Below, one piece after another: positions 8,771-18,354 of a DNA stretch of 64,000 bases. This DNA is from an uncultured bacterium (GTDB lineage: Bacteria; SAR324; NAC60-12). The position numbers and the translations under genes were made by a program. The notes below the pieces were generated by a model that was not told the origin of the DNA, ran no database searches, and saw only the letters and a list, made by a program, of their open reading frames with translations. Position 1 is the stretch's first letter. Each line of letters starts with the position of its first letter. The stretch spans positions 8,946 to 72,945 of the forward strand of contig CBFIGY010000015.1 in assembly GCA_965662235.1 (NCBI GenBank), read 5' to 3'.

Positions 8771-10110
8771 GGCTCCTTGCCGTGCTGAATCTTGGGCCAG
8801 TAGGTCTCGAAGTTGAAGCTGGGGGAGTGACTGCCGACGTGACACGAGGTGCAGGCATTTGTAGCCACCTGTGGCATCTTGACCGCCTCCGGATTGGCCA
8901 AGTGGGCCCGGGCGGGTCCGTGGCAGTTTTCACACTGAACGTTCATCAGGTGCGGTGTGAGCTGAGGGCTGAGGAATCCATTTTTGCCCACAAACGCCTG
9001 CACCTCAGGAGAAAGTGAGCTTCCGGAGGTGGGCTGCCACGGCTTCAGGCCGACAACATGGCATTCCAAGCACTCCGGATCAAAGTGCTTTCCCTTGGCT
9101 TCCAGAGTGGCAAAGGCGTGTGCGTGTCGGCTGCCCTTCCAGACCTTGGCTGCTTCAGCATGGCAGGCTTCACAGACCGCGGCTCCGACAAAAGGTGACT
9201 GCTGCTGCTGTTGCTCCATGCGGTCGAGATTGGTGAAGAACAGTTCCTTGACGCGGTCATCATACCGCTGGAACGCTTGGGTGAGCTGCGGATCATCCGG
9301 AACACTGCGCCTGAGCCAGTCCACGCCAAACTGAGGCGTGGCCGTGACCTCGCCCGTGGCCTGAAACTGTTGCGTATCCGCCTGCCATACTCCCTGCAGC
9401 AGCCCCTGTCCCTTGGTAGGAATCATCGCCACGGTTCCGGCCTCGGTTGTCCGGGTCATCACCTGCTTCAACTCATCTGCGTTGGTGCTTCCAGAGAGAA
9501 TCAGGTCAAACTGCCCGGACTGCTGAAACTGCATCAGCTCGGCGTCGGTTCCGCGAAACAGAAGGATTTCATATGCATCGGAGCGTGTCCACTGTTCCAG
9601 CGCTTGGGCCACACCATGGACCGCGGGCGCCTCATTCTCATTCTGATAGATCAGCGTAGGGGACAAGAAACCGCGGACCCGCGCCGGAGTGCCCTGGAGC
9701 TCCAGCTGAACTTCCTGTTGAAAGGGCAGGGTCCCGTTTTGGTTGCTGAGGAAGTACGGCAGGTCTTCTGCGAGCGCGTCGAGGCCATAGAGCCACTCGT
9801 TGGGCCCGACCAGGATCACACTCGGGCCCATCTGCCGGAGCGCGGTGTGAAGCACCTCCACCTTGAGGTTCCCCTGCTCCGAGGGCTCCGGAAAGTTGTT
9901 GCCGAGGTCCAGGTACACCACCGGTCCAGAGGCCTGCTTCTGTTGCAGGAAGGTGGCCCGCCGGAGCAAACCGCCCATGTCCCCTTCTTCCGCACAGCCG
10001 CAGGGTTTGATCTCCCCCCGTAGGTCTCCGGACATGATCAGATCCGCTCCGAAGAGGGGAACCGTTGTCAGCAGAAAAAGGCCGAAGGCACTGACCAGTT
10101 GGCGGATCAT
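8767..10110 (-). CDS. Periplasmic tetraheme cytochrome c (c554/c552_4-like) fused to a degenerate UshA/5'-nucleotidase-like domain
   Basis: Signal peptide; N-terminal GEIKPCGC..GGLLRRAT, DLGN and GPNE; four CxxCH motifs (CEACH, CLECH, CENCH, CTSCH); W..S.HA.A..TL motif. Confidence 0.85.
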   Translation of the reverse strand: MIRQLVSAFGLFLLTTVPLFGADLIMSGDLRGEIKPCGCAEEGDMGGLLRRATFLQQKQASGPVVYLDLGNNFPEPSEQGNLKVEVLHTALRQMGPSVILVGPNEWLYGLDALAEDLPYFLSNQNGTLPFQQEVQLELQGTPARVRGFLSPTLIYQNENEAPAVHGVAQALEQWTRSDAYEILLFRGTDAELMQFQQSGQFDLILSGSTNADELKQVMTRTTEAGTVAMIPTKGQGLLQGVWQADTQQFQATGEVTATPQFGVDWLRRSVPDDPQLTQAFQRYDDRVKELFFTNLDRMEQQQQQSPFVGAAVCEACHAEAAKVWKGSRHAHAFATLEAKGKHFDPECLECHVVGLKPWQPTSGSSLSPEVQAFVGKNGFLSPQLTPHLMNVQCENCHGPARAHLANPEAVKMPQVATNACTSCHVGSHSPSFNFETYWPKIQHGKEP

Positions 10111-11387
10111 TCGTATTCAGAAACGCAAAGAAGTTCTCGGAACGATACCAGCCCGTCTCCTGCCACACTGTCTTCCTGATCGAGGTCATTCATGTTGCTG
10201 ACACCGGTGGCAATGCTGGGGAGCGCGGCTTCATAGCTGAAGGTGTAGCCGGATGCCGACTTGTAGACCTTCCGGAGGCTGGTAATCGTTGGACCTATGT
10301 TTGTGGTCGGTGCGATGATGTTAGGATCGACATTATTCTGAATCTCTGTCAGAGGCACAAGGTTGCGCTGCCTTCCCCCAGTCAGTTCGGCAAGCGTCGT
10401 TGAGTTGTCTGCCGAGTTCTTGGTGACAAAGAAGACTTTGTCGAACTCATCGGTTGCCGTGCAAGCAGTACCGTTTTTCCTCTCCAGGCCATTGTCAAGG
10501 GGCTGAGTCGATTCCAGCAGATCCGTCCGGAAGGAGCTGTCTGCAGCAACGCCCATTTCAGCAAAGTCGCTATTGAGAGACTCCGTTGCTGTCACAATGC
10601 TGGTAGCCAAACCGGTTGAAAGGTCCGCGTTGATCGCCTGAGTCAAGTCAGTGACATTGTCAACCTTCAAGAAAGCAATCATGGTGCTGGGGGTTCCGAG
10701 AGGACAGCTCCCCTGAATAAGAGAGGCATTATCGACATAATCACCGTAATCCGTACCAAACGGAACACACTGAGCGCCATTTTGAACGTAGCGGGTCCCA
10801 TTGATGACGACCTCGAAGGTGGCATTATCGATGGAAAGCACCGGGATCGTGACATTGTTCAGGCTTCCGGCACCGGTGAAGTTATCAATCTCCGTATTGG
10901 AGATGTCTCCATCTCGGGGAGATCGGTCCATGGTCCCATAGACGGTGTAAAGCAGGTCTGCGAGGTTGGCAAACATAGACACTTCACAGTCTCCGTTGGC
11001 GCAGCTTCGGCTTCCGGTGCGCTTGACCGCGTTGGTGGTGCAGCGGCTGCTTGACGTAATGTTGTCGGAGCCAACAAGGCACAACGCGTTGGTAATGTAC
11101 TTGCGGTTGCCTGCACTATAGTCTGTCGCGTTGTCGAGGTTTTGGATATTCAGCGCCGTATTGAGGTTGTCCGTGGCCCCCTCCTTCAGGAGGTTGCTCA
11201 CCGTAATGCCCGCCTTCCCCAAGTAGGCGCTGGCTTTTTCGTAGTTGGTGCAGTCACCGGCGATGACCGCGTCAAACTGAGAGTTGTCTAGGTCGATGCT
11301 GCAGCCGGCAGCCGTTTCCTGAGACTCTCCGCAGGCCGTGAGGAGGAGGGTCGCTCCGGCAAGAAGGAGAAGAAGTGAACGTTTCAT
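10107..11387 (-). CDS. Hypothetical Asn/Thr/Asp/Cys-rich lipoprotein
   Basis: Lipobox LTAC; ASAYLGKAG helical motif; paired Cys residues; 4-nt overlap with the downstream cytochrome gene. Confidence 0.8.
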   Translation of the reverse strand: MKRSLLLLLAGATLLLTACGESQETAAGCSIDLDNSQFDAVIAGDCTNYEKASAYLGKAGITVSNLLKEGATDNLNTALNIQNLDNATDYSAGNRKYITNALCLVGSDNITSSSRCTTNAVKRTGSRSCANGDCEVSMFANLADLLYTVYGTMDRSPRDGDISNTEIDNFTGAGSLNNVTIPVLSIDNATFEVVINGTRYVQNGAQCVPFGTDYGDYVDNASLIQGSCPLGTPSTMIAFLKVDNVTDLTQAINADLSTGLATSIVTATESLNSDFAEMGVAADSSFRTDLLESTQPLDNGLERKNGTACTATDEFDKVFFVTKNSADNSTTLAELTGGRQRNLVPLTEIQNNVDPNIIAPTTNIGPTITSLRKVYKSASGYTFSYEAALPSIATGVSNMNDLDQEDSVAGDGLVSFRELLCVSEYE

Positions 11388-11407
11388 GCGAGTACCAAGC
11401 TAGAGAG

Positions 11408-13084
11408 TCAGGTTTCCGGAGTCGGCGTGGTGGCATCTTCTGAAGCCTCTTCTGGCAGAGGAGGAAGTTCCTCAGCAGGAGGCGCAATCACGGCGTCAAT
11501 CTGGTAGCGGGTGACCACATCAAGGGTGGCCAGGCTTTCGACCATGGGCCCGACTTCTTCCGGATACAGCGGGTAAGCGGCCAAGAGGGCGTGCAGGTAG
11601 CGACGTTGCAGATCCAGCCCATTGGCGGCATCCACCTGCTCACGAAGCACATCCAGCAGCGGGCCCGGACTCAGACGCTGCGCCTGGAGCGAGGGGTACA
11701 CGTGCGCCACCAGCTCGAGTTGCTGCAGCAGTGCCAAGCGAACCACTTCCGGCGTCTCGGAAAGTTCAAGGTCCTGATGGAGACGGTCGAGGGCTTGGAG
11801 CACCTGGGTGAGCACGTTGGGATCGTCAAAGCGGTAACCACGCTCAAGTGCCGGAACAAGGATCTGCTCCACCACGCCTCGCTTGGTCATGGCTTCATCG
11901 TCATAGCCAGCCAGCGGAAAGGCCAGCAGGGTGGAAGAGGTGGCACTGCCTCGCTGTCCCGTTTGCTGCCGCGTCAACTCCTCCTGAAGGACGGCGTCCC
12001 AGTGCGTGAGCAGGAAAATGGTGGGCTGCAGCTCCAGCTCCGTCAGCATTCCTGAAGAGGGCACAGGCGGTTGCGTTGCCGGGTAGCCATAGAGCTGCAT
12101 GCGCTCCTGCATGGCGCTGATCATCTGTCGCAGTTCCGACGGAATTTCTTCGTCGGGAATCCACTCCTCCTGCACCAGGCGGTCGAAGGCCTCCTGACGA
12201 GCCGGACTGAGGCCGAAGCGATGAGTCTCTCCTGTCAAGAGAGCAATCTGCGCCCGGACCCACAGGGGCAGGTCATTGTTACGCAGGATGTCCCGAAGTT
12301 GCTTCCAGACGGTTTCCTTCAGGTCCTCAGAGTCCCCCTGCCACTCCTTCTTCTCCGCAGGCTCTTCGCTGGCCAGCATGTCGCCAGCTTTCTCGCGGAT
12401 GCTGTCGGAGCAGACACTGTCAGGACACTTGTCCATGGCCATGTTGCCCCACTGCTCAATGTCCTTGCGGATTCCCTCGTCACAGATGTCGACAGGGCAG
12501 CGGTCGAGGGTGGGAAGAGCGGTGAAGAAGCGTTTCAGACTGGAAGCGGCTTCTGCCTGGAGGGCAACTTCCCATTCCGGAAGGTGCTCCACGACGTACT
12601 CAATGGCGTCCATCCGTTGGTCAACTTCGACCCCAAAGCGCATGGGCTGATCATCGACCATCTCCTCAAATCCCAACTCGCCTGTGGTGACATCAAACAC
12701 GCCCTTGAGGGCGGCGACCTTGAGGTGTGCTGGCCACTCGGGTGACTCTAGGATGTCGGAGATGCGGGAAAGGCTGCGGTCCCGGACGTCCCCATCGTCA
12801 CTGCCAAAGGCCATGAAGGCGAGGGCCCGGACGGCGATTTCTCGCTTGCCGACATCGTCCATGTATTTCGAAATCCAGCGGGCCTCCTTGAGGGCGCTGA
12901 CCTTTTGCTGAACGGAGCCATCGTAGGCTTCATACTTCAGCAGTTCCATTTGGGCCTGAAGCTCCTCGTAGCTGGAGCTCTGTTCAAAGGTCAGGTACGT
13001 CAGGCGTCCCTGAGTGGTGCATCCGGCCAGCATCAGCAGGACGGCAGCGATGACGGTCAGTTTGTTCATCATTCGTCTCCTCAT
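11408..13084 (-). CDS. Hypothetical all-helical (HEAT-like) lipoprotein
   Basis: Lipobox LAGC; helical repeat-like composition; duplicated CPxxxC motif; acidic Pro-rich tail. Confidence 0.75.
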   Translation of the reverse strand: MRRRMMNKLTVIAAVLLMLAGCTTQGRLTYLTFEQSSSYEELQAQMELLKYEAYDGSVQQKVSALKEARWISKYMDDVGKREIAVRALAFMAFGSDDGDVRDRSLSRISDILESPEWPAHLKVAALKGVFDVTTGELGFEEMVDDQPMRFGVEVDQRMDAIEYVVEHLPEWEVALQAEAASSLKRFFTALPTLDRCPVDICDEGIRKDIEQWGNMAMDKCPDSVCSDSIREKAGDMLASEEPAEKKEWQGDSEDLKETVWKQLRDILRNNDLPLWVRAQIALLTGETHRFGLSPARQEAFDRLVQEEWIPDEEIPSELRQMISAMQERMQLYGYPATQPPVPSSGMLTELELQPTIFLLTHWDAVLQEELTRQQTGQRGSATSSTLLAFPLAGYDDEAMTKRGVVEQILVPALERGYRFDDPNVLTQVLQALDRLHQDLELSETPEVVRLALLQQLELVAHVYPSLQAQRLSPGPLLDVLREQVDAANGLDLQRRYLHALLAAYPLYPEEVGPMVESLATLDVVTRYQIDAVIAPPAEELPPLPEEASEDATTPTPET

Positions 13085-13088
13085 GTGG

Positions 13089-14213
13089 TCAGAATATCAG
13101 TCCGGCCTGGAAGGCCCAGCGTTTGTCTTCTTTTTCTCCGGCATAACTGCCGATCTCTTCAGAGTATTGTGCAAAATCGAGCTTCAGTTTCCAGAGGTTA
13201 AGCGACAGGCCCCAGCTGCTGTAGGGACCATTGCGTCCCAGCCGGAAGGAGACCAGGTGGTGACCGTTGTTGAGCTTCTCCCACCCCACCTCGGCGCCCA
13301 GCTTGAGGTTCCGTTGGGTGAGGAACGAATCGCTCAGCCCCTGTGCGCCCGTGAGGTCCAAGTAGTCGGCAGCGAGGATGAAGTCAAAGCCTTGAAACTC
13401 GGATTCAGTGGCAATACCGGTGTTGATGGTCATGGGAACCTCTCCGGCGTTGCCGAAGTTCAGGCCTCCTAGGTTTTGGATGCTCAGGGCCACCTTGGGA
13501 GAAAGGTTGTGAAACTCCTCTAGGTGGTAGGTTGCGCCCAAGTCGGGAGCAAAGGCGAGTTTGTTGTCGCCAATGGCCTCAATCTCCTTTTGAGCCTGAT
13601 CCGTGTCTTCATTGAGGGTTGCAATGACGGCGGGATCAGAGAGACGGAAGTCCTGGTTGTAGACACCGACTCGCTGCACCAGCTTGCCACCGACACCAAC
13701 ATCCAGCTGGTGGTCCAGAAAACTGAACCCGACGCCGGCTGCCAATCCTCCCTGCACATAAGCGGTTCCGTGCAGGTAGGGGAAGACGGGGTTCCGGACC
13801 TGGAAGTCGAAAAGGGTGTTGCTGAAGAGCGCCCATCCAAACCGAGAGTTGACAAAGGACGGTAGGTTGACGCCGGCTTCGACGTGAATGTTCTTGCCGG
13901 TGATTTGCCCCAAGCCATCAATGTCCGTGTTGTCCGCATCCACGCTTCCTTCCAGCCCCCCTGAAGAAACGTTGCTGGCGACATTCACCGAGGCAAACTC
14001 AAAGATGTTGTACATCACGGAACGCAGACCGGCGGGGTTGTAGAACAACACCGACTCGTCGTTGGCCGCAGCGGTAAAGGCGTTTCCCATGCCACGGGCA
14101 CGGATGCTTTCTTTGACAAAAGCCGCTTCTTTGGCGGAAGCAACCGTTGCTCCCATGAGCACAAGAAGTCCACTGAGGAGGAGCTTCCGGGTCGGTTTCC
14201 AAGTCATGTGCAA
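13089..14213 (-). CDS. Outer-membrane beta-barrel of the TraF_2/FadL/PorV-like clan
   Basis: Signal peptide; N-terminal RARGMGNAFTAAANDESVLFYNPAGL motif; amphipathic beta strands; C-terminal Phe. Confidence 0.8.
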   Translation of the reverse strand: MHMTWKPTRKLLLSGLLVLMGATVASAKEAAFVKESIRARGMGNAFTAAANDESVLFYNPAGLRSVMYNIFEFASVNVASNVSSGGLEGSVDADNTDIDGLGQITGKNIHVEAGVNLPSFVNSRFGWALFSNTLFDFQVRNPVFPYLHGTAYVQGGLAAGVGFSFLDHQLDVGVGGKLVQRVGVYNQDFRLSDPAVIATLNEDTDQAQKEIEAIGDNKLAFAPDLGATYHLEEFHNLSPKVALSIQNLGGLNFGNAGEVPMTINTGIATESEFQGFDFILAADYLDLTGAQGLSDSFLTQRNLKLGAEVGWEKLNNGHHLVSFRLGRNGPYSSWGLSLNLWKLKLDFAQYSEEIGSYAGEKEDKRWAFQAGLIF

Positions 14214-14228
14214 AAGGTCGGGATAGGG

Positions 14229-14468
14229 TTAGGAGGGCTTTTGGGAGTAAAAGAGGTCTTGCGAGAACTGAATCAGGCGCTGCTGGATTTGCTCATGTGA
14301 CTCTTCCGGATACTGATCCTGAAAGATCGTGAAGCCCAACATGTTCCAGGCCACCAGGCCTTCCTCCAAATCCAGTCCGTTTTCATCCATCAGATGCAAG
14401 AAGTCCCGAACCGTCTGCTCGACTCGGATGCGTCGTTTGAATTCGTCAAGGGGGGCTGAATCACTCAT
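14229..14468 (-). CDS. Hypothetical small helical protein
   Basis: 79-aa ORF with an AGGA RBS, filling the gap between trpB2 and the barrel gene on the same strand. Confidence 0.6.
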   Translation of the reverse strand: MSDSAPLDEFKRRIRVEQTVRDFLHLMDENGLDLEEGLVAWNMLGFTIFQDQYPEESHEQIQQRLIQFSQDLFYSQKPS

Positions 14469-14518
14469 AAAAATCCTGAAGAAGCAGAGGCTGCCCCGAA
14501 AGCAACCTCCGCAGGGGG

Positions 14519-15883
14519 TTAAGCCGCAACAGAGGGCAGGCCTGCCAGCGCCATGGCCAGCTCCTGCTCATCGTAATTGCGGTCTTCTAGTTTGCCGGCA
14601 AAGTAGTCCGTGTACGCCTGCATGTCGAAGTGTCCATGCCCACAGAGGTTGAAGAGGATCGCCTTGGAGGTCCCCTCTTCCTTGCAGCGCAGGGCTTCGT
14701 CAATGGCGCCTTTGACCGCATGGTTGGCTTCTGGAGCAGGCAGGATGCCCTCGGTTCGTCCGAAGAGCACCCCGGCCTCAAAGCAGGCGTTCTGGTGATA
14801 CGCGACAGCCTCCAACAGACCCAACTCCTTGATGTGACTGATCATCGGAGCCATGCCGTGATAACGGAGGCCCCCGGCGTGGAATCCGGGAGGAACAAAA
14901 GTGGACCCCAGGGTGTGCATCTTCACCATGGGCGCCAGGTGCACGGTGTCTCCAAAGTCATAGGCGTACTTGCCTCGGGTGAGGCTGGGGCAGGCCGCTG
15001 GTTCCACTGCCAGCACCTTGACCTCCTGACCACCGCGGAGTTGGGCGCCGAGGAAAGGAAAGACGAGTCCCGCAAAGTTGGACCCTCCTCCGGTGCAGCC
15101 CACGACGACGTCCGGATAGTCATTGGCCATTTCCATCTGCTGGATGGCCTCAATGCCGGTGACGGTCTGGTGCAGGAGGACGTGGTTGAGGACGCTGCCG
15201 AGGGCGTACTTGGTGTCGTCATTCAAGGCCGCGACTTCCACCGCTTCCGAGATCGCGATGCCGAGGCTTCCGGTGGAGTCCGGGTTCTTTTCCAGGATTG
15301 CCCGTCCAGCCTGCGTTTTGTCAGAAGGAGACGGTGTGCAGCGGGCGCCAAAGGCTTCCATCATGGCCTTGCGGTAGGGCTTCTGTTGGAAGCTGACCTT
15401 GACCATGAAGACCTCAATGTCGATTCCAAACACCCCTCCGGCAAAGGCAAGGGACGATCCCCACTGGCCGGCTCCGGTTTCTGTGGCGATCTTGGTCACC
15501 CCGGCCTGCTGGTTGTAAAAAGCCTGGGGCACCGCCGTGTTGGGCTTGTGGCTCCCGGTGGGACTCACCCCCTCATACTTGTAGTAGATGCGGGCCGGCG
15601 TATCGAGCGCCTTCTCCAACCGCCGAGCCCGGAACAGTGGAGAGGGACGCCACTGGCGGTACACCTCGCGGACCGGCTCCGGAATCTCAATCTCGCGCTC
15701 CGTGCTCACCTCCTGAAGGATCAGGTCCATCGGAAACAGCGGGGCTAGGTCGTCCGGACCAATCGGTTGCTGCGTGCCCGGATGCAGCGGGGGCGGAGGC
15801 AGCGACGGCAGGTCGGCAGCAAGGTTGTACCAGGATTTGGGCATCTGCTCTTCAGAGAGCAGGTACTTGACGGGCTCGTTCAT
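14519..15883 (-). CDS. trpB2: TrpB2-type (stand-alone tryptophan synthase beta-like) PLP enzyme
   Basis: GSHKPNTA (PLP Lys), [24 protein letters not shown] and NLCGHG motifs; TrpB2-type N-terminus WYNLAADLP. Confidence 0.93.
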   Translation of the reverse strand: MNEPVKYLLSEEQMPKSWYNLAADLPSLPPPPLHPGTQQPIGPDDLAPLFPMDLILQEVSTEREIEIPEPVREVYRQWRPSPLFRARRLEKALDTPARIYYKYEGVSPTGSHKPNTAVPQAFYNQQAGVTKIATETGAGQWGSSLAFAGGVFGIDIEVFMVKVSFQQKPYRKAMMEAFGARCTPSPSDKTQAGRAILEKNPDSTGSLGIAISEAVEVAALNDDTKYALGSVLNHVLLHQTVTGIEAIQQMEMANDYPDVVVGCTGGGSNFAGLVFPFLGAQLRGGQEVKVLAVEPAACPSLTRGKYAYDFGDTVHLAPMVKMHTLGSTFVPPGFHAGGLRYHGMAPMISHIKELGLLEAVAYHQNACFEAGVLFGRTEGILPAPEANHAVKGAIDEALRCKEEGTSKAILFNLCGHGHFDMQAYTDYFAGKLEDRNYDEQELAMALAGLPSVAA

Positions 15884-15923
15884 GATCAATCTCCAGTAGG
15901 AATCAAGTCAGGGCGGTTTCGCA

Positions 15924-16922
15924 TCAGTGCAGACGGACGACCACGCGTCCTCGCTGCTGCCCCTGCAGAATTTTATCAATCTCTGGGAACAGGGTGTCGA
16001 GTGTGCATTCGAGGGTGAGGGCCTCAAGCTGCTCCAGTTTCCAGTCTGAAGCCAGGCGACTCCAGATCGTCTGCCGCAGAGGCATGGGGGTCTCTTGCGA
16101 GTCCACTCCCAGCAACGAAACGCCCCGAAGGATAAACGGGAATACGGAGGTTGGCAAGTCGGGGGAGCCGACCAGTCCGGTAGCAGCCACGGCCCCTCCG
16201 CGTTTGGTGCCCTTGAGGAGAGTCGCCAAGGTGTTGCCGCCCACGGTGTCTACCGCACCCGCCCACCGCTCCTTGAGCAGCGGACGTCCAGAGTCGTCAT
16301 CAGCGTCTTCTCGGGAAATCAGCCCTGCTGCGCCCAACTGCTTGAGAAAGGCTTCTTCCTGCGGCTTTCCGGTGGCAGCAATGACGGAAAATCCCGCTTT
16401 GGCCAGCAGCGCAACAGAGACGCTGCCGACGCCTCCCGTGGAGCCGGTCACCACCGCCTCGCCTTGATCCGGAGACACGCCATTCTGTTCCAGCAGGTGG
16501 ACAGACAGGGCGGCCGTGTAGCCTGCGGTTCCGTAGATCATGGCTTCCCTCAGGCTCAGGCCACTCGGGAGCGGCACCACCCATGCGGCAGGAACCCGAA
16601 TGTACTCGCTGAACCCTCCGGAAGTGTTCATGCCGAGGTCGTAGCTGGTGACAATGACCTCGTCCCCTTCCTGAAAGGCATCACTGCTGCTGGCAGCCAC
16701 CACGCCGGAAGCATCAATTCCCGGGGTGTGGGGGTACTTCCGGGTGACTCCTCGGTTGCCAATGGAAGACAGACCGTCCTTGTAGTTCAGGGAAGAGTAG
16801 TGCACCCGAACCAGAACCTCCCCTTCAGGCAGGTCGGTCAGGGACCGCTCCACGATCTCTCGGGTGAAGGTTTTGTCTTCATTTTCAGTAACAAGCATGG
16901 CTCGGAAGTTCGTGTCCGTCAT
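15924..16922 (-). CDS. acuI: YhdH/AcuI-family MDR oxidoreductase (putative acryloyl-CoA reductase)
   Basis: YSSLNYKD, GTAGYTA, TGSTGGVGS and PFILRGVSLLGVDS motifs. Confidence 0.85.
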   Translation of the reverse strand: MTDTNFRAMLVTENEDKTFTREIVERSLTDLPEGEVLVRVHYSSLNYKDGLSSIGNRGVTRKYPHTPGIDASGVVAASSSDAFQEGDEVIVTSYDLGMNTSGGFSEYIRVPAAWVVPLPSGLSLREAMIYGTAGYTAALSVHLLEQNGVSPDQGEAVVTGSTGGVGSVSVALLAKAGFSVIAATGKPQEEAFLKQLGAAGLISREDADDDSGRPLLKERWAGAVDTVGGNTLATLLKGTKRGGAVAATGLVGSPDLPTSVFPFILRGVSLLGVDSQETPMPLRQTIWSRLASDWKLEQLEALTLECTLDTLFPEIDKILQGQQRGRVVVRLH

Positions 16923-16982
16923 TTGTGCGACTCCGTTAGGTTCAGTGGGAAGTGAAGGGTTGCAGGAAGTGAAAGGAAGCGC

Positions 16983-17318
16983 CTAGGGGGTGTGATGCGG
17001 AAACTCGACCACGTCAGCAAGCGCCTCCAGGTCGTCTTCATCACAAGAGAGCATCTCGGTTTCGTCTTCACTGAGGTGGAAGAGGAGCATCGGCCCAAAG
17101 CAATCCACACCGTTGAAACGCCAGGGCGTTTGTCGTTCCTGAAGCTCGCCCTCGCCGTCGATGTAGCCGTGCAGGGACCCATTGATTTGGACCAGATCCG
17201 TGGCATCACAACGGAGGAGGTCACAGAGCGTTTCCAGATCCAGTGTGGCTTCAAACAGGTCGATGCTTGGGGTGTCAGGATCAATGAGAATCCAGTTACC
17301 GTGCTGCAGGAAACTCAT
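16983..17318 (-). CDS. Hypothetical acidic protein (weakly DUF3846-like)
   Basis: 111-aa ORF; L..L..L..C..T.LV, YIDGEG and FGPMLL pattern. Confidence 0.5.
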   Translation of the reverse strand: MSFLQHGNWILIDPDTPSIDLFEATLDLETLCDLLRCDATDLVQINGSLHGYIDGEGELQERQTPWRFNGVDCFGPMLLFHLSEDETEMLSCDEDDLEALADVVEFPHHTP

Positions 17319-17374
17319 GTTCTGACTTTCAGGTGGAGCACGGGGATTTTACGATGCAGCGTGAAAGGAGATGC

Positions 17375-17833
17375 ATGGAGAAAGAAACAATCACAATTTA
17401 CACGGACGGCGCCTGTTCCCCGAATCCCGGAAAGGGAGGCTGGGGCGCGGTGCTGTTGGCACCAGAGCGTGGGCTCCGCAAGGAGCTCTCCGGGGCAGAG
17501 CCCGATTCCACCAACAACCGCATGGAACTCATGGCAGCCATCGAGGGCCTGAGAGCGCTCCGCAAGCCGTGCCGGGTGACCGTGTTCACGGACTCTCAGT
17601 ACCTCCGGAATGCCTTTGAGCAGTACTGGATCCGGTCGTGGCAGCAGAAGAATTGGAAGACTGCCGCCGGAAAAGCGGTTGCCAACCAAGATCTCTGGAA
17701 GGCGCTTCTGGAACTCACTCGCCAGCATGAAGTGACCTGGAAGTGGGTCAAGGCCCATGATGGCAACCCTGAAAACGAGCGTGCCGACGCGCTGGCGGTG
17801 GCGGCCCGGAAGTCGCTGAGTGGTGCCGCTTAG
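17375..17833 (+). CDS. rnhA: Ribonuclease HI
   Basis: IYTDGACSPNPG, TNNRMEL, TDSQY, WVKAH and NERADALA motifs. Confidence 0.97.
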   Translation: MEKETITIYTDGACSPNPGKGGWGAVLLAPERGLRKELSGAEPDSTNNRMELMAAIEGLRALRKPCRVTVFTDSQYLRNAFEQYWIRSWQQKNWKTAAGKAVANQDLWKALLELTRQHEVTWKWVKAHDGNPENERADALAVAARKSLSGAA

Positions 17834-18354
17834 AGCCGTTCGCGGATGAGCCCAATCATGGTCTGGATCTGGGCTTCACTCAACTGACCATCAACGCTGA
17901 AGAGCACCGATCCGTCGCGATCGAACACGAGGACGTCGTTGCTGTCGTCAGCAAGCCCCCACTCTTCCACCAGCACCTTCTGGTAGTCCCGGACGTAGGT
18001 GGTGTTGGGGTAGTCTTCCTGCTTGCTTTCCAGCTTCACCTGAATCACCGCATTGGGAAGCCACGTGGCGGCCATGTTGACCACCGCCACCGAGCCGTAC
18101 TGACTCCGGTCGAAGTTTTCTGCGCTCAGGGCCTCAGACGCTGCGTTGTTCAGGTCACTTTCATCCGGGTCGGCATAAAACAGAACGTGCACCTTCCCCC
18201 GCAACTCGTCACTGCTCCACGTGCCTCCGGTGACCCGCTCCCCTCGCTCGCCCTCCAGCACAATTCGGGGCGGGATCTCTCCAACCGGGAGTTCGGCGTG
18301 AGCCACTAGGGGGAGCCCCATTAGTAGCCATCCGAGCCATCTGCGATGCTTCAT
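17830..18354 (-). CDS. YtfJ-family exported thioredoxin-fold protein
   Basis: Signal peptide MKHRRWLGW...AHA; WSSDELRGKVHVLFYADPDE motif. The ORF-track upstream extension is probably non-coding. Confidence 0.8.
   Translation of the reverse strand: MKHRRWLGWLLMGLPLVAHAELPVGEIPPRIVLEGERGERVTGGTWSSDELRGKVHVLFYADPDESDLNNAASEALSAENFDRSQYGSVAVVNMAATWLPNAVIQVKLESKQEDYPNTTYVRDYQKVLVEEWGLADDSNDVLVFDRDGSVLFSVDGQLSEAQIQTMIGLIRERL

Noticed and set aside
9990..10005. Selenocysteine recoding at the PCGC motif
   Set aside because: Both codons are Cys (TGC, TGT); there is no in-frame TGA.
13089..14213. Conjugative element suggested by TraF-like and TraB-like family names
   Set aside because: No relaxase, VirB4, coupling protein or integrase is present. 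Both families are commonly chromosomal and unrelated to conjugation.
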